DNA of 63,963 bases, filler included, from Folioceros fuciformis (lineage: Eukaryota), in NCBI GenBank assembly GCA_049999805.1. It is 9 parts of 9 records of this genome, joined end to end, with 100 filler letters (N's around TTAATTAATTAA, not from the genome) between each part and the next. Parts side by side here need not be neighbours in the genome. Positions count along the whole stretch, not along the records: positions 45,743 to 55,132 come from JBNGIO010004212.1; positions 55,233 to 60,929 come from JBNGIO010004213.1; positions 61,030 to 62,717 come from JBNGIO010004226.1; 6 more parts are not named here. One strand, 5' to 3'. The notes below the pieces were generated by a model. That model saw only the letters and a program-made list of their open reading frames with translations, was not told the origin of the DNA and made no database searches. The position numbers were made by a program, and so were the translations under genes. Positions 49,040 to 62,817 of the stretch are shown here, in pieces; position 1 is the stretch's first letter, and each line of letters opens with the position of its first letter.

Positions 49040-50690
49040 GGGACATTTCGCTGCACATATCACGTGCATGAAAGTTCTCAAAACAGGGTACTGGTGGTCG
49101 AGCATGCATTAGGATGCAAGAGAGTTTGTGAAGCGCTGCGATGTTTGCCAGCGGGTTGGGAAGCCATCAACCACAACTCAATGGGCCTTCGTTTCTATCT
49201 TGGCCTTGGCCCCATTCGAGAAGTGGGGCATCAACTTTGTGGACCTATCCAACCCAAGACAAAGACCCACTAAAATCAATACATCCTTGCGGCCACCAAC
49301 TACTGCACTCATATGGTGGAGGCACAAGCCCTGCAAGTCGACACAGCTCATGTGGTGGCCAGATTCCTCTATGAGCAAGTGATTGCTCGTTCTGGGTGTC
49401 CCCTAGAGCTGGTCAGCAACCGAGGTTCGCACTTCGTGAATGACATCATTTCTCATATGCTGGTCTACTTCAACGTTCGCCACAGGACGACAACTCCCTA
49501 TAATCCGAAGGCCAATGGTTTGACAGAGAAGGCGAACGGGCTCTTGTGTGTGCAGGATCTTCAACAAACTCACAGTGGAGTATGCATACAACTGGGATCT
49601 GAAGCTCCATTCAACACTTTGGGCGTATAGAACTGCGGAAAGAATCACGACTTAGTAGACACTATAGTACCTCATCTACGATCATTTTCCGGTAATGCCT
49701 GCTGAGTTTGAAGTTCCTACTTTGCACATTCAAGAGCCTAACCGCATGACTAATGAGGACAGAGCAACTTGTTAGCTTCGTAAGACACACAGAAGATAGG
49801 GAACAAGCACTGGCTATCATCATGTAAGAGATACACGCAAAAAGGAAACCATGGCATGACAATCGATTGCAAAGCAGGAATGGGTAGTACCAGGTGACTT
49901 GGCCTTGCTATACGATAACAGATACATACATTTTCCAGGCAAGCTTCACCTACGATGGATGGGGCCGTACAGAGTTGTCGAAGTCTTCGACAATGGTTCC
50001 ATCTAGCTGCAATAGTTAGATGGACAATCACTGCCAATCAGAGTCAACGATTGGCGAGTTGAAAAGTACTACACATAAGTTGGCGATAACGCCAACAAGT
50101 GAGAAGGGGAGTATGTGAACGACCGGATGACTAGGAACTCCCTGCTGAGGTGTGCGTTGGAGTGATTTTTTGTGTTTTTTTGATAAGTTTGATGTGAAAT
50201 AGAGTCAAGTCTTGAGTAGGCCGAGGTATTTATATTTAAAAGTTCCTCGGTTTATGAAGTTTTTAGTTTTGGGTTTGGTTTGACCAATAATTGGTCCTTG
50301 GACCAGGGGGGCTAATTGTTCCTTAGCCTTTAGACAATTCACAAAAGCCTATATAAGGGGGGGAACCCCATCGACATAGAGTCATTTTGTGATTGAGGTC
50401 AAATCGGAAGTAGAGAGTCTTGGTCTGCGTGTGGACTTAGCCTGAGAAGGGAGGTAGTCGAAGCCCAACGATGGTCGTAGAATGAGAAAAGTAGTCGTAG
50501 AAGGAGCGACCGGTAGTAGAAGGCGGTAATGGTTGTGGAAACAGGAACGACTTCCGGCGGATGGAAACTCTAAGGGGAAGTCCAAGTGTCCGAAGGCCAC
50601 TTTCGAAGTGGAGTGCAACCATAACTGAAGAGATATCGGGGAGCAGACTTAGGCAAACGAAAACATTGGTGTGGAGCGATTCTTGCAACC
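49040..50690 (+). mobile_element. Decayed Gypsy integrase, PPT (~50100-50112) and probable 3' LTR
   Basis: CDVCQRVG, PFEKWGINF, ELVSNRGSHF, TTPYNPKANG, WMGPY. Confidence 0.85.
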
Positions 50691-52599
50691 AAGAACCACT
50701 AAAAGGACCACATTAATCCCTATTGTCGTTGCAGTCCTAAGATCTGCTCCCAAGGGAGTGAACTAGTGTCAAGACAGTCTACTATTCTTTCCTAATGTAC
50801 TAACCTGATCCTATCTATCCGCACTTACCTAACCCTGACAGGACTATGTTGGTTAGGTCAGACCCCGTAGCTCTATTCCTAACAGCAGCCACCTCTGCAG
50901 CTGAAGGGAAACTCCAGCATCAGCTCCAACCTCCACGTTTTGGTTAAGTAGTAACTGGTTTTATTTGGTTCACGACAGTTACTTTAGGTACTTAGGAACC
51001 AAACGATATTTAATGGTTAAGTAGTAACTAGTTTTATTTGGTTCACGACAGTTACTTTAGTTACTTAGGAACCAAACGATATTTAATGCAGTTATAGCGG
51101 AACTGCACCTGTATAAGTTCAGATCAATACATACACAAAGTATCGTGGAGGACAAACTTCAGTTTGTCTTTAATGATGCCTTCACAATTTCCATCTTAAG
51201 AGCCCCAAAGGACATTTATATGGACACACCACATGTTTGTCCTGAGAGAGGTATCATGTGCTTCTTCACAACAATGTCATATACAATCATGAAGCTATAA
51301 TTATAAAATAAACCTTAACTAGAATTAGTCACCATATTTACTTGCTCCTTAATAGAATTTTTTCTACATGCCAACCTAAGGTGATGTACTCTACCCTATT
51401 ATTGTTTATGATCATTTTGTCCATAATAAAGGAACGCATCTTGTGCTTTCTATAAAAGTTTCCCATTGCTTTCCTAACTATACGGGACTTCTTCACTTCG
51501 TGTATGACTACCTAGCCAAATTCTTTAATAGTTACTTTCTCTTGGAAACTTGGAAAGACACCGATTATCAATGGCACATCGCATCTATTGTTCATTAGCT
51601 CCATATTAAATACCCATATTTTTTTTCATGGAAAAAAAGGTCGGATTTTGACAGCTTACGCGATATTTAAGAGTACAAGGTGCTAGGCACAGAGTGGGTG
51701 GCCCCTATAAGACTAGCACTATTCAAACACTACTAGAAAGAACCCTTGCGGTAGCAACCACAAAGGGGCGATGCATCGGTGGGATACTCCTGACGTCGGA
51801 CTAAAGACTCCCAAGAGGGCCTTACCTCCTTCAGGGACACGCATAATTCCATCTTGTCTCCCTTCTCGGAGTGAGGAGATGACAAACAGGAGATGACATG
51901 GTCTTTACAAACAAATAAGAATAAATGGTAGATGAGATAGAGTCTTTACACATTGGAGATAACATGGACAAAGAGGAAGATTACAAAACGAGGCAAAATG
52001 TTTGAGGGATCCCATGTTGTACTCATGTTGTTGAGGTTCCTATATTTGAAAGAGGGCTCTATGCTTGAATGAAGTTACCCTTGATTTGCTATCAATTTTG
52101 TATTGAGACTAAATCGACGGGTTCTCTTTGTGCTTCCTTGGATGGCTCTCTTTGCAAATTTTATTACCTTGATATTGAATATGAATCCCACTTCCTTTTT
52201 CTCTTGCCATGTTTATGCACACATTCCTACTCATTATACTCNNNNNNNNNNNNNNNNNNNNNNNNNNNNNNNNNNNNNNNNNNNNNNNNNNNNNNNNNNN
52301 NNNNNNNNNNNNNNNNNNNNNNNNNNNNNNNNNNNNNNNNNGTACGTTTTTCTCTCTGCCATTTTTTCTCTTCTATATCCCTAAGCTCATTAGCCTTTGC
52401 CTCCATAAACTCCTTATCAAGGAGTTTAGGGAGTTTAGGCAATGACTATTATCAATCTACGCTAAATTCTATATAAGCGTTTGCTTACTTCCTCCTTTAG
52501 TCTTTTCTTGCACACAATTCATATAGTTTCACTCTCTCTAGTTTAGACGTACCCATCAGCACAACACAATTATACTTCTTATGCCTCGATACCTAGATG

Positions 52600-53790
52600 A
52601 AGAAGTCATCCAAGTAATCAAGGATTTGTCAAGTCACAAGTCTCCATGGCCCTAACGGTATACCTCCAAAATTCTTGTTGTGGGGTTGGGAGTTTATGGG
52701 GCCACTGTTTATGGAGGCCTGAGACGTAATATGAGCAAAAGGTAGTATGGGTAGTTGGTTCAATTTGGGGGTTATCTCCTTACTATCAAAACAGGATGCT
52801 AGTGTCTTCATCTCGAATTGGCGCCTGATCATCTTGTTGACTACCACATACAAGGTGATTGCGAAAGTCTTGGGCTAATGGACTCAACCCTTTCATGGAT
52901 GAGTGGATCGAGCGAGAACAAAGGGGGTTTCCATACACAACAGGTGCATTCTTGACAACTTGCTCCTTTTGCGTGAAGCTAAGTATGAGGTCTTGATGTA
53001 GAGTAAGCCAGTGGTTTTCATTTCCTTTGACTTCTTTGAGGCCTACAATTCAGTGGAGTGGCACTTCCTCTAGTGTTGTCTCCGCAACTATAGATTGGGC
53101 AACAATTTCTGCCGTTGGGTCATCATCCTTTGTGAAGAGGCAGGTGCCAAGGTCACTGTCAACGGCTCATTTACGAAGCCCTTTGACATCACCCGCTCAG
53201 TAAGGCAAGGGTGCCCTCTTGCAGCTTCTTCGTTTATTATTGTTGCTGACTTCTTCCTTCGAGCCATTAAGCAGGTTCCACACATCGAGGGCATTTAGGC
53301 CCCGGATGGTTCTCAACTTCGCATCGGTGCCTTTGTTGACACACCATGCTATTTTCCTCCGCCTCAGAATCCTCCTTGAAAGGTATGTTGGATCAGGTAC
53401 AAGTCTTTGGGCAACTCTCAAGATGCAAAGTGAATTGGGGGAAGACACACATGATGTGTTTGAGTATGAGGAGCAAGATACTTCACTGCATCAACCACAT
53501 CACACAAAGTGCACCAGGGATCTTCCCACAAATACTTGGGTCTACATTTTTAGAAGACTCTGGAGAACAGGGAGATTGCAGGCTGTGCACCCTTGGTGCT
53601 CCCAACAAAAGCCAGCATCTGTTCTTCCATTGCGCTTACGCACAAGAAGTTTGGGGGGAGGTCTACAAATGGCTGCAACGCCTGTTTCCATCGGTGGATG
53701 TTGCTATTTCGGAACATGCTGCTCTCTTCAATCTTAGGGAATCATCTAACAAGCCACTTCTTTCTATTCTGTACATTTTCTGGATTCCAT
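52600..53790 (+). mobile_element. Decayed L1-type LINE RT fragment
   Basis: NWRLIILLTTTYK, SVRQGCPLA, GAPNKSQHLFFHC. Confidence 0.85.
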
Positions 53791-54129
53791 AAAACTTAAG
53801 AACCAATCTTCCTCACAGCAAGTGACATGGTGGTACACTGCGGTGGAGCGATGCGGCCTAGGGTAGAATGGTGCACTACGGTGGAGCGGTGTGGCCTAGA
53901 GCGGAACGGTGGAGCAGTATGGTGCGGTGCACTACGGTGGAAGGTTATGGCCGTATACGCAAGAGTGTTGTAGAGCATGGCCCAAGTCAACCAGACAGGA
54001 GTGAGCGATGTGATGGTATATTAGAGGAGCAATATAAAAACAGTATGAGTGGTGTACACGTGATGTAGAATTGCTTGTAGGAATGGTACACTGGATGAAA
54101 ATGGTGTACCGATATGGTGGAGCAAGCAA

Positions 54130-54625
54130 GTAAGGTTTACGGTTTAGTAGCAAGCCAAAGTGGAATGAGTTTGGTGTTTAGTAAAATGGCATAGCATAAT
54201 GAGATTAGGGTTTAGTGGCATGGCAGAGCAACAAGGTTTACAGTTTACAAGCATGGCAGCAACAAAATGGATTTAGGACATGGCGGGGGAGAATGGATGC
54301 AGGGTTTAGGGGCATTGCTGAGAAAAATAGGTTTAGGGATTAGCTACATAATGGAGCAGAATAGGTTTAGGGTTTAGCCGCATAGCAGAGTGGAGTGGGT
54401 TTAGGGTGTAATGAAATGGTGGAGAAAAATGGATTAGGGTTTTATCAGGATTATGGAGCAAAAAATGGGTTTAGGGTTTAGTGACATGGTAGAGCTGAAT
54501 AGGTTTAGGGTTTAGTGACATAGATGGAGAAAAGTGGGTTCAGGGTTTTATAAACATTGTGGAGCAAAATGGGTCTAGGGTTGAGCGGCTTAGAGTGGAG
54601 CATATGGAGGGCATTATAGGGTTAT
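54130..54625 (+). repeat. Degenerate ~35-bp array built on the telomere-like core GGTTTAGGGTTTAG
   Basis: About a dozen spaced TTTAGGG-like cores. Confidence 0.75.
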
Positions 54626-54693
54626 GTGTTACAATGATGAGTACAATTGTTTGGTTTTGATCATTTTATAAGACTTTCTACATGCCTCCATCA

Positions 54694-55132
54694 CATGGCG
54701 CGTGACACCCAGCCTTTACCTGTCAAGGACACCCCTTGCCCGGTGTGTTCTCAACTTTGCTCCGGGGTCAAGAGGGTGAAGTGCCATATTGGTCACAAGA
54801 AAAGGACTTCGATAATACCACTTGGGTGGCACAAGTGCGACTTGCTTCTTCCTCTGAACCAGCTGCCAATCCTCTTCTAATAGATCCTCTGGGGCCGTCC
54901 CTAAAGGCTTGGTTGTGGCTTCGAGGGCAATTTGATTACTTGTTGGCTCTTTTCCATGCTCGTTTTCCATGTCCTTGCCTCTTCCGACGTCTCCCTAGGC
55001 GCCTACATGATGATATTCGCCTTGCTTATCGTCTTCCCTTGGATCGCCTTGCTTGGGACTCGAGGGATGAGGGTGCTTGGATTTTGTTCCTTTTCCTACC
55101 CAAATGGTGCCTTCGGCGCTCTAGGGGTGGTC
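54694..55132 (+). mobile_element. CRE-like non-LTR element 5' region with C2H2-like zinc finger
   Basis: CPVCSQLCSGVKRVKCHIGHK, then AWILFLFLPKWCL..SRGG; homolog of 10720-11400. Confidence 0.6.
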
Positions 55133-55377
55133 NNNNNNNNNNNNNNNNNNNNNNNNNNNNNNNNNNNNNNNNNNNNTTAATTAATTAANNNNNNNNNNNN
55201 NNNNNNNNNNNNNNNNNNNNNNNNNNNNNNNNGCTCAAAGCTAAGGGCCATTTGACTTGGCCTAAGTCAGTATCTGGGGCTAGGATGCCCAAGCCGTCTG
55301 TTGTCTGAAATCTTTCAAGCAAATCCCGTTAAATGGGTATTGACACTTTGAAAAATTACGAGAGGGGTCTCATTTGC

Positions 55378-58204
55378 TGATCATTTCCTGGAATGTTAGG
55401 GGGTTGGGGGTTGGTCGAAGACGGCGTCAAAGTGTAGAAGACTAAAGAATCTGCTAGAAGAGCAAGTCACATGGGATGTGGTGTGCTTGCAAGAGCATAA
55501 ACTGTCACTGGAGCATATCCATAAAGTGAAGAAAATCCTTCTTCATGGGAGAACAGTTTGGGCAGCTGCTAGAGCAGGAGAGACAAGCGAGGGTCAAATC
55601 TCCTCTCAACGAGTTTCAGCGACCCGCGGAGGAGTGTCCATTACAGTTCATCCTGAGCAAACCCATAACATTCTGGAATCGGGGCAAGATGAGGATGGGA
55701 GGTTTGTGTGGCTGGTGCTACAAACTCCTCAAGGTCCGGTTGGAATTTGTAATATTTACGCGCCTAATGCAGCTGTTGACAGGAATACCCTCTGGTACAG
55801 GCTTGGTGAGCAGCTTGATGTGCAGATTCCGTGGCTACTGGCTGGCAACTTCAACTTTGTTGAACGCCATTAGGACATTCGTGGGGATAGCCCAGTTGAT
55901 GTTCGGGCGGTGCCTATGTCTTGGCAGGAGCTTAGAGATATGGTCTTAGCGGTGCAGGATCCTTGGATGGCCCTTCTGGCGCATCGCCAACCACAGTCCT
56001 TGATGGCAAGACACCAGTTTATCACTCTCCAATTGGCGCCCGATTTCCTTGCTCACTACCATGTACAAGGTGATTGTTAAGGTACTGGCTAACCGAATTA
56101 CTCCATTTCTTGATGATTGGATTGAGAAAGAACAGCGAGGGTTCATTCAAAATAGGTGCATCCTGGACAACCTCCTTCTTCTGAGGGAAGGTAAGTACAA
56201 CACCCAGGTACACAAGAAAGCCGCCATTTTCATTTCCCTTGACTTTTACAAGGCCTATGACTCAGTTGAGTGGCACTTCCTGTGGTGATGCCTGCGTAAT
56301 TTCGGCTTCGGGAATAAATTCTGTAGATGGATAGCCATTTTGTGTGAAGACGTAGGTGCCAAGGTGGCTGTCAATGGTTCTTTTATGGAGCATTTTGACA
56401 TCTCTTAGTCGGTACGTCAGGGTTGCCCCTTTACTCCGTTCTTACTTATTATCGTCACTAACTTCTTTCTCAGAGCAGTCAAGCAAGACCCGGCAGTGGT
56501 GGGTATTCGAAACCCATATGGAACACAATTAAGGGTATCTGCATTTGCAGATGATACTCTTCTCTTTTCCTTAGCAGAGGAGGCCTCATTGAAAGCGCTG
56601 CTTCAACATGTCGAGGTCTTTGGTGAATTTTCGAGCTGCCAGGTGAATTGAAACAAGACACGCATGATGTGTCTTCACATGGAGGGGGAGCTCCCTCAGT
56701 GTATTAACCACATGAGGCAAGTGACCCTGAGTTCTACTCACAAGTATTTGGGGCTCCCTTTCCAAGAAGGGGATGAGAATGGGGAGATAGGGAAGTAAGT
56801 CTACCTCAGGTTCATTCGCAAAGCGGCGGGTCTACAATTGTTGGAGCTCAATTTGGCAGGTAGGCTGCTGGTGATCAACCATATCGTTAGTGCAACTCTT
56901 TAATACCATCTGTTTTTGTGGGCCCCTTCTAAGTCAGAGGTGAAGCGCTTACAACAAGTGCTGACTTCTCTCCTGTGGAAGCGTTCGGGGGATAGTATGG
57001 CAGGGTGTTCTAAAGTGTCTTGGCACCATATTATTCAAGAGTGTGGAATGGGGGGTCTCGGGGGGGTCTCGGGGCGATCGGGGTGCAAGAAGGATATTTC
57101 TCGATCTTTCTTCAACTTCCCAACGGCGGACTTGTTCCTCTAGTTGGTTCGAGCGCAGAAAGTCACGCAAAGACAACCAATGGCGCCCCGACTGCAGCTA
57201 GCTGGACGGCGACAAAGGGAAGCCATCAAGCTCCTATGGAAGTCCGTAGGAGTCCCCTCCAAGGTCAGGTTTACGATTTGGTGTTTCTTTCAAGCGTGTT
57301 TGCCTAATGCGGATCGCTGGGATGGGCTGTTAGTTGCAGCGGGGGAGGATGTGTGTCAACTGTGCACCGAGGGGGCTCCGAACAAGAGTCAACACATATT
57401 CTTTCACTGNNNNNNNNNNNNNNNNNNNNNNNNNNNNNNNNNNNNNNNNNNNNNNNNNNNNNNNNNNNNNNNNNNNNNNNNNNNNNNNNNNNNNNNNNNN
57501 NNNNNNNNNGAGGATGCGTGTCGACTGTGCACTGATGGGGCTCCGAACAAGAGTCAACACATGCTCTTTCACTGCAATTTTGCTCAAGAGATCTGGAGGG
57601 AGGTGGGAAGGTGGCTTCGATTGATTTTTCCTAGTGCTAACCTCAGGATCACGAGTCAATCAGCCTTATTTGGGCTGGACGTAGCCTCGGGCAAACCTCT
57701 CCTGAAAAACCAATGGTGGGGTGTACTGTGGTCTTCTTGTCTTTTTCATCTCTGGGTTAATTGGTCCGCGGTGGTTTATGGAGGATAGGAGTCGGCCTCA
57801 CGGAAAGCTTTGTTATGGCGCATTTGGGAGCATTTTTTGATAGTAGCAGAAGCTCTGGAGCAATCCCGTCGGAAGCAGTTCAAGCGGAAAGATTGGAGGA
57901 TGGCGGGCTTCCTATTGCCTGGGAAAGATCGCTGGAATCACTCGTGCCCATGGGGAAGGTGAGTCTTTAGGGTCCGGGAGAGGCTTAGAGGTGGATGTAT
58001 CAATGGCTTTGGCAGTTCACGGGTACTATCGGGTAAGGGAGCGCTCTCGAAGCGCCTTGACTTGAGTTTTGGGCTCAAGGCCAGTTTCCCCCCTCTTTTG
58101 GTACTTGATTTATGTACATATGTAAGCAGGGTTTTCCTTTGTATTGTAAGTGGGAGGAGTCTTCCACTCATAATCAGAAATATATTTTTTTCGCAAAAAA
58201 AAAA
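55378..58204 (+). mobile_element. L1-type LINE ORF2 (APE endonuclease, RT, zinc finger) with internal deletion and poly(A)
   Basis: ISWNVRG, CLQEHK, NIYAPN, LDFYKAYDSVEW, VRQGCP, AFADD; poly(A) at ~58195-58204; many stops. Confidence 0.92.
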
Positions 58205-58274
58205 TTTGAACCTCCATTTTACTCGAAGCTTGATATAACAAAATCCGACTGTTTTGACCAAACCTTGTTATACT

Positions 58275-59510
58275 TTGACATCTTCATAAGGGCCATCCTC
58301 TAAGTGAATTGGTCCTTATACTTCATTTTGTTTTTCACCATTCCCCAAGGGAACTTCTCTTCAAAATCTGCAAGTGACATACTCCCATGCTTCTCGATGG
58401 AGACATCATTCTTGCTAGGCGTGTTCTCTAGCTCTATTTAAATTGGCTCTTCACTCTAGTCTCCAAACTAAGGTCTTGTGACAAGCAAGCTATCCTGGTC
58501 AGGCATCTTTTTGAAATGCGATCCGTACACCTTGTGTCCCTTTGTAGACGAGAATAGAGTGGGTGTCCTCTTGTTCTTCTAGCTTGACCTCAAAAATACC
58601 ATCAGCCAAAAATCCGCCTATGCTTGACACTTTGAGGAATATTCTTGTCAAATGGCAATCCTAGCTAAACTACCCAATCAACTAGCCAAAATAGAGTGTC
58701 TATAGTTTCTATCCATAGACGTTCCCACACATATGTAGGACTCTCGTAAGTCTAGCCAACTTAGCAATGCTCAGATTCGGACTACAATGAAGCTACGTGA
58801 AATCGATGGTAGAATTCCTATCCATCAGAAGTCATCTAGCTGATCTAGTGGAGCCTCTATTCTTCACACCCTGCCTTCTTGGACTGTAGTCGCTCCTTAG
58901 GCTGGAAGATGATCGATTTTTGCTCCTTTGGTCTCCAGTGCACCACAATATCCTCAAATGCAATTGACTCAATTCTCCAAGCAGCAGATGGGATTGTAGA
59001 TGTGGTGAAATCAAGTTGGTTGCTTGAGGCTCCCACTTGACAACGTGGTTTCCAAAAGTCACAAGAGAGAAATAAGACAAGCTGCATTGACAAAGTATGA
59101 CTCCATTTCAATTCAGACAAACATCTACAATCCATGGCAAGGTAGGCCACGTATACAGGCCAAAACCCCCATGAACTCTCCATGAAGTGCCTCCTCGTAC
59201 TCGATGGTAGGCACTTCATGTCTATTTATAATCCTACTTCTCCTTGGCCTTTGAATAAATAATACATATGGCCTCTAACAAACTTCTTACCCTTTTCCTT
59301 AGTTTATGATTTTAGGTATTTTCTATATAGATTTGCTGACCTATACATATGTGCTAAATCGCCACGCCTTACATACATCATGATGCACATGAATTGCGTG
59401 TGCCATGACACATCATCTATTTAGACACGTTCACATACATCACATGTCAACCATCCATAATGCATACATACCATATGCATGTCATCCATGGGCAATACAT
59501 ATGTCACATC
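58275..59510 (-). mobile_element. Diverged, decayed second copy of the element at 1-1820 (5' region, small ORF, start of gag)
   Basis: MVFLRS...TPSKNDV..KHGSMSLADFEEKF; the upstream non-coding catg-rich block is also homologous. Confidence 0.8.
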
Positions 59511-60441
59511 ACATGCACTTCTACATCTAAATCACGTAACTTATATATGCCAAGTGGGATGTTGAGAGTTAATTATCAATCTCTCATTAGCTTGGTCTGT
59601 TCAATTCATAGCAACAACATGACAAGTACATGGTTCCCACACTTGCTACTAAGTGCATAGTGGATTGAACGTGGCTTCTAGATGAACAAGATGTGATGCA
59701 CTAGAAGCTAGTCACAAGTTACAATCAAGATAGATAACCAATCTGCTAGGTGTGATGCACCAGAAGCCAGTCACAATCAAGATAGATAACCAATATGCTT
59801 TTGCACTTGTCGATAACCCCAAGTGTAATACAAGATCAAAGCATTATTATAGATCTCCAGTATGATTATGTTCATCACAATCATAGATTGGAGGAAGTCC
59901 AGCTCAAGGACTACCTTACCAAGCAAATGGGAGCACATGTTCTTTGTAAAACCTTACCTTGTGACGAGCATGTATCATGCACAACCCTCCGTGAGCACCA
60001 TGCACTAATCACATTAAGAGGGTTCACTTTCTAAGACATCTAGCTTGGAAAGGAGTATTAGAATAGCCATGAAACAGCTCCTAAGGAGCTAGTACGCAAG
60101 CTCGTGTTTGTTCACTCTAGACATTTAAGCCCTTGCACCAAGAGAAGTCTTTGAAAGGAGAGAGAAAAAGCATTTCATTAGATGCACGGGCACCTTATGT
60201 ACACTCGGCAGTTAGGGTTTCAAGTCTTTGGATATATTGTTTGTAGTTATTTACGCATGGTTTTATTTACAGGTCTATTATATATATGCTGCTGCTAAAT
60301 TAGACTATTTCTATCTGAATCTTTCTACTCTCACTTAGGCTAGTTGCAGCATACATGTGTTGTCTTCAAGCTTCACGTTGAATAATCAGCTTTCTGATTG
60401 TTAACTTCAACTGCTTCGATAACTAATGCCTTTGTATGTTT

Positions 60442-60929
60442 CTAGTGTACTTCTTTGGCCAGTGACTTCGTCAACAGATCTGCCGTGTTGTCGCTTGTAC
60501 TGATGTACTTCAAATCAAAAATTTTGTCTTCTATTGCCTTACGAATGAAGTGTTGTTTAACGTCTATATGTCTTGTGCGTGAATGTGCCACAGGATTCTT
60601 AGCGATGGCTATCGCTGACTGGTTGTCGCACCAAATGCATGAGGGCCCTTTTTGCTCATATCCAAGTGTGCCTAGCAAAGATCTCATGTGCATTATCTCT
60701 TGAGCTGCAAAGGTGACAGCAGAATATTCGGCCTCTGTCGAAGACAAGGCCACGACCGATTGCTTCTTAGATGACCAATTCACCAAGTTTCCACTCAACT
60801 TAATGCAAAACGCCGAGATTGATCTCCTTGTGTCCTTGTCTGACGCCCAATCTTAATCAGCATAACATGTGAGCTCGACTTGATTGCCTGATTGTTTTGA
60901 GTAGTGCAGCCCATGACTTGCAGTGCCCT
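60442..60929 (-). mobile_element. Copia RNase H end
   Basis: WSSKKQSVVALSSTEAEY, CDNQSAIAIAKNP, ADLLTK. Confidence 0.9.
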
Positions 60930-61029
60930 NNNNNNNNNNNNNNNNNNNNNNNNNNNNNNNNNNNNNNNNNNNNTTAATTAATTAANNNNNNNNNNNNNNN
61001 NNNNNNNNNNNNNNNNNNNNNNNNNNNNN

Positions 61030-62717
61030 ACGGTTTAGATACGTATTTAATACGTACTAATATGTATACCGTATACATACCCCCATATTCTTTTTCTTTT
61101 AATTTTCCTAATTTCCCCTTTTCTATTTTCTTCCCTATTTTTCTGGATTTAATTCCAGAAATTCCATTTTAACTCCGTTTCACCTACTTTCTTTTCCTCT
61201 TAGTTCAGAGCCTCCCCCAGCACCCCAGGGTCAGTCTTCCATGGCCGAGGAACCATTTCGGCTGGGAGCTGATCCCGCTGAATAAGCTACCGTTTTCAGG
61301 CCAGGTTGCGGCTGCTGATCCCACTCCTTCCCACCTCTTCTCTATTTTTCCCATTGCTGATGCTCCTCCCCTAGAGGCTGGCTTAGCCACCAAGGGTGAA
61401 CAGTTGCAGGGGAAGACTTAGCGGGCGACCATCCAGCAAGGAAGAGGCGGCGTCCGCAGACCTTTGAAGATCAAACATCCTCCGAAGTCTCTGGATAGTC
61501 TAAGAGGTGGTATATTCTTGTGGTGGCAGGGCCAGGAGCTCATTGGTGGCAGGTTGTGCTAGGAATTTAAATAAGTGGCTGGTGACAGCCGGCTAGGCTA
61601 TTAAAATAATATTTCTCAAGTTAGAGAGAGGTGAAGTCAGAGAGAGAGAGAGAGGCTCCTATAAGATCGGGGGAGCCTGTAGGAGGAGGGAGTCATTCAC
61701 TTTGGGAGCCAGTCTATGTCTTTGTGAGCTCTTGGAGGTCCTCTCTTCATGAGCTCTCGTGGTCTGTCCCTGCTTGGTTTAGGACCTGCAGTGTGTTGCC
61801 GGCTGTGCAATGTCTGGTAGAATCGCACGCCGTGTGTTGCCGGCTGTACAGTGTCTGGTAGGATCGCGNNNNNNNNNNACGGTTTAGATACGTATTTAAT
61901 ACGTACTAATATGTATACCGTATACATACCCCCATATTCTTTTTCTTTTAATTTTCCTAATTTCCCCTTTTCTATTTTCTTCCCTATTTTTCTGGATTTA
62001 ATTCCAGAAATTCCATTTTAACTCCGTTTCACCTACTTTCTTTTCCTCTTAGTTCAGAGCCTCCCCCAGCACCCCAGGGTCAGTCTTCCATGGCCGAGGA
62101 ACCATTTCGGCTGGGAGCTGATCCCGCTGAATAAGCTACCGTTTTCAGGCCAGGTTGCGGCTGCTGATCCCACTCCTTCCCACCTCTTCTCTATTTTTCC
62201 CATTGCTGATGCTCCTCCCCTAGAGGCTGGCTTAGCCACCAAGGGTGAACAGTTGCAGGGGAAGACTTAGCGGGCGACCATCCAGCAAGGAAGAGGCGGC
62301 GTCCGCAGACCTTTGAAGATCAAACATCCTCCGAAGTCTCTGGATAGTCTAAGAGGTGGTATATTCTTGTGGTGGCAGGGCCAGGAGCTCATTGGTGGCA
62401 GGTTGTGCTAGGAATTTAAATAAGTGGCTGGTGACAGCCGGCTAGGCTATTAAAATAATATTTCTCAAGTTAGAGAGAGGTGAAGTCAGAGAGAGAGAGA
62501 GAGGCTCCTATAAGATCGGGGGAGCCTGTAGGAGGAGGGAGTCATTCACTTTGGGAGCCAGTCTATGTCTTTGTGAGCTCTTGGAGGTCCTCTCTTCATG
62601 AGCTCTCGTGGTCTGTCCCTGCTTGGTTTAGGACCTGCAGTGTGTTGCCGGCTGTGCAATGTCTGGTAGAATCGCACGCCGTGTGTTGCCGGCTGTACAG
62701 TGTCTGGTAGGATCGCG
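61030..62717. repeat. 839-bp contig duplicated around a 10-N gap
   Basis: 61030-61868 and 61879-62717 look identical by eye. Confidence 0.92.
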
Positions 62718-62817
62718 NNNNNNNNNNNNNNNNNNNNNNNNNNNNNNNNNNNNNNNNNNNNTTAATTAATTAANNNNNNNNNNNNNNNNNNNNNNNNNNN
62801 NNNNNNNNNNNNNNNNN

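Noticed and set aside
51728-51740. CACTACTAGAAAG as a CACTA terminus
   Set aside because: No matching opposite end or transposase found.
10620-62817. Recurring TTAATTAATTAA inside N runs
   Set aside because: Artificial scaffold linker; gene neighbourhoods across these joins mean nothing.
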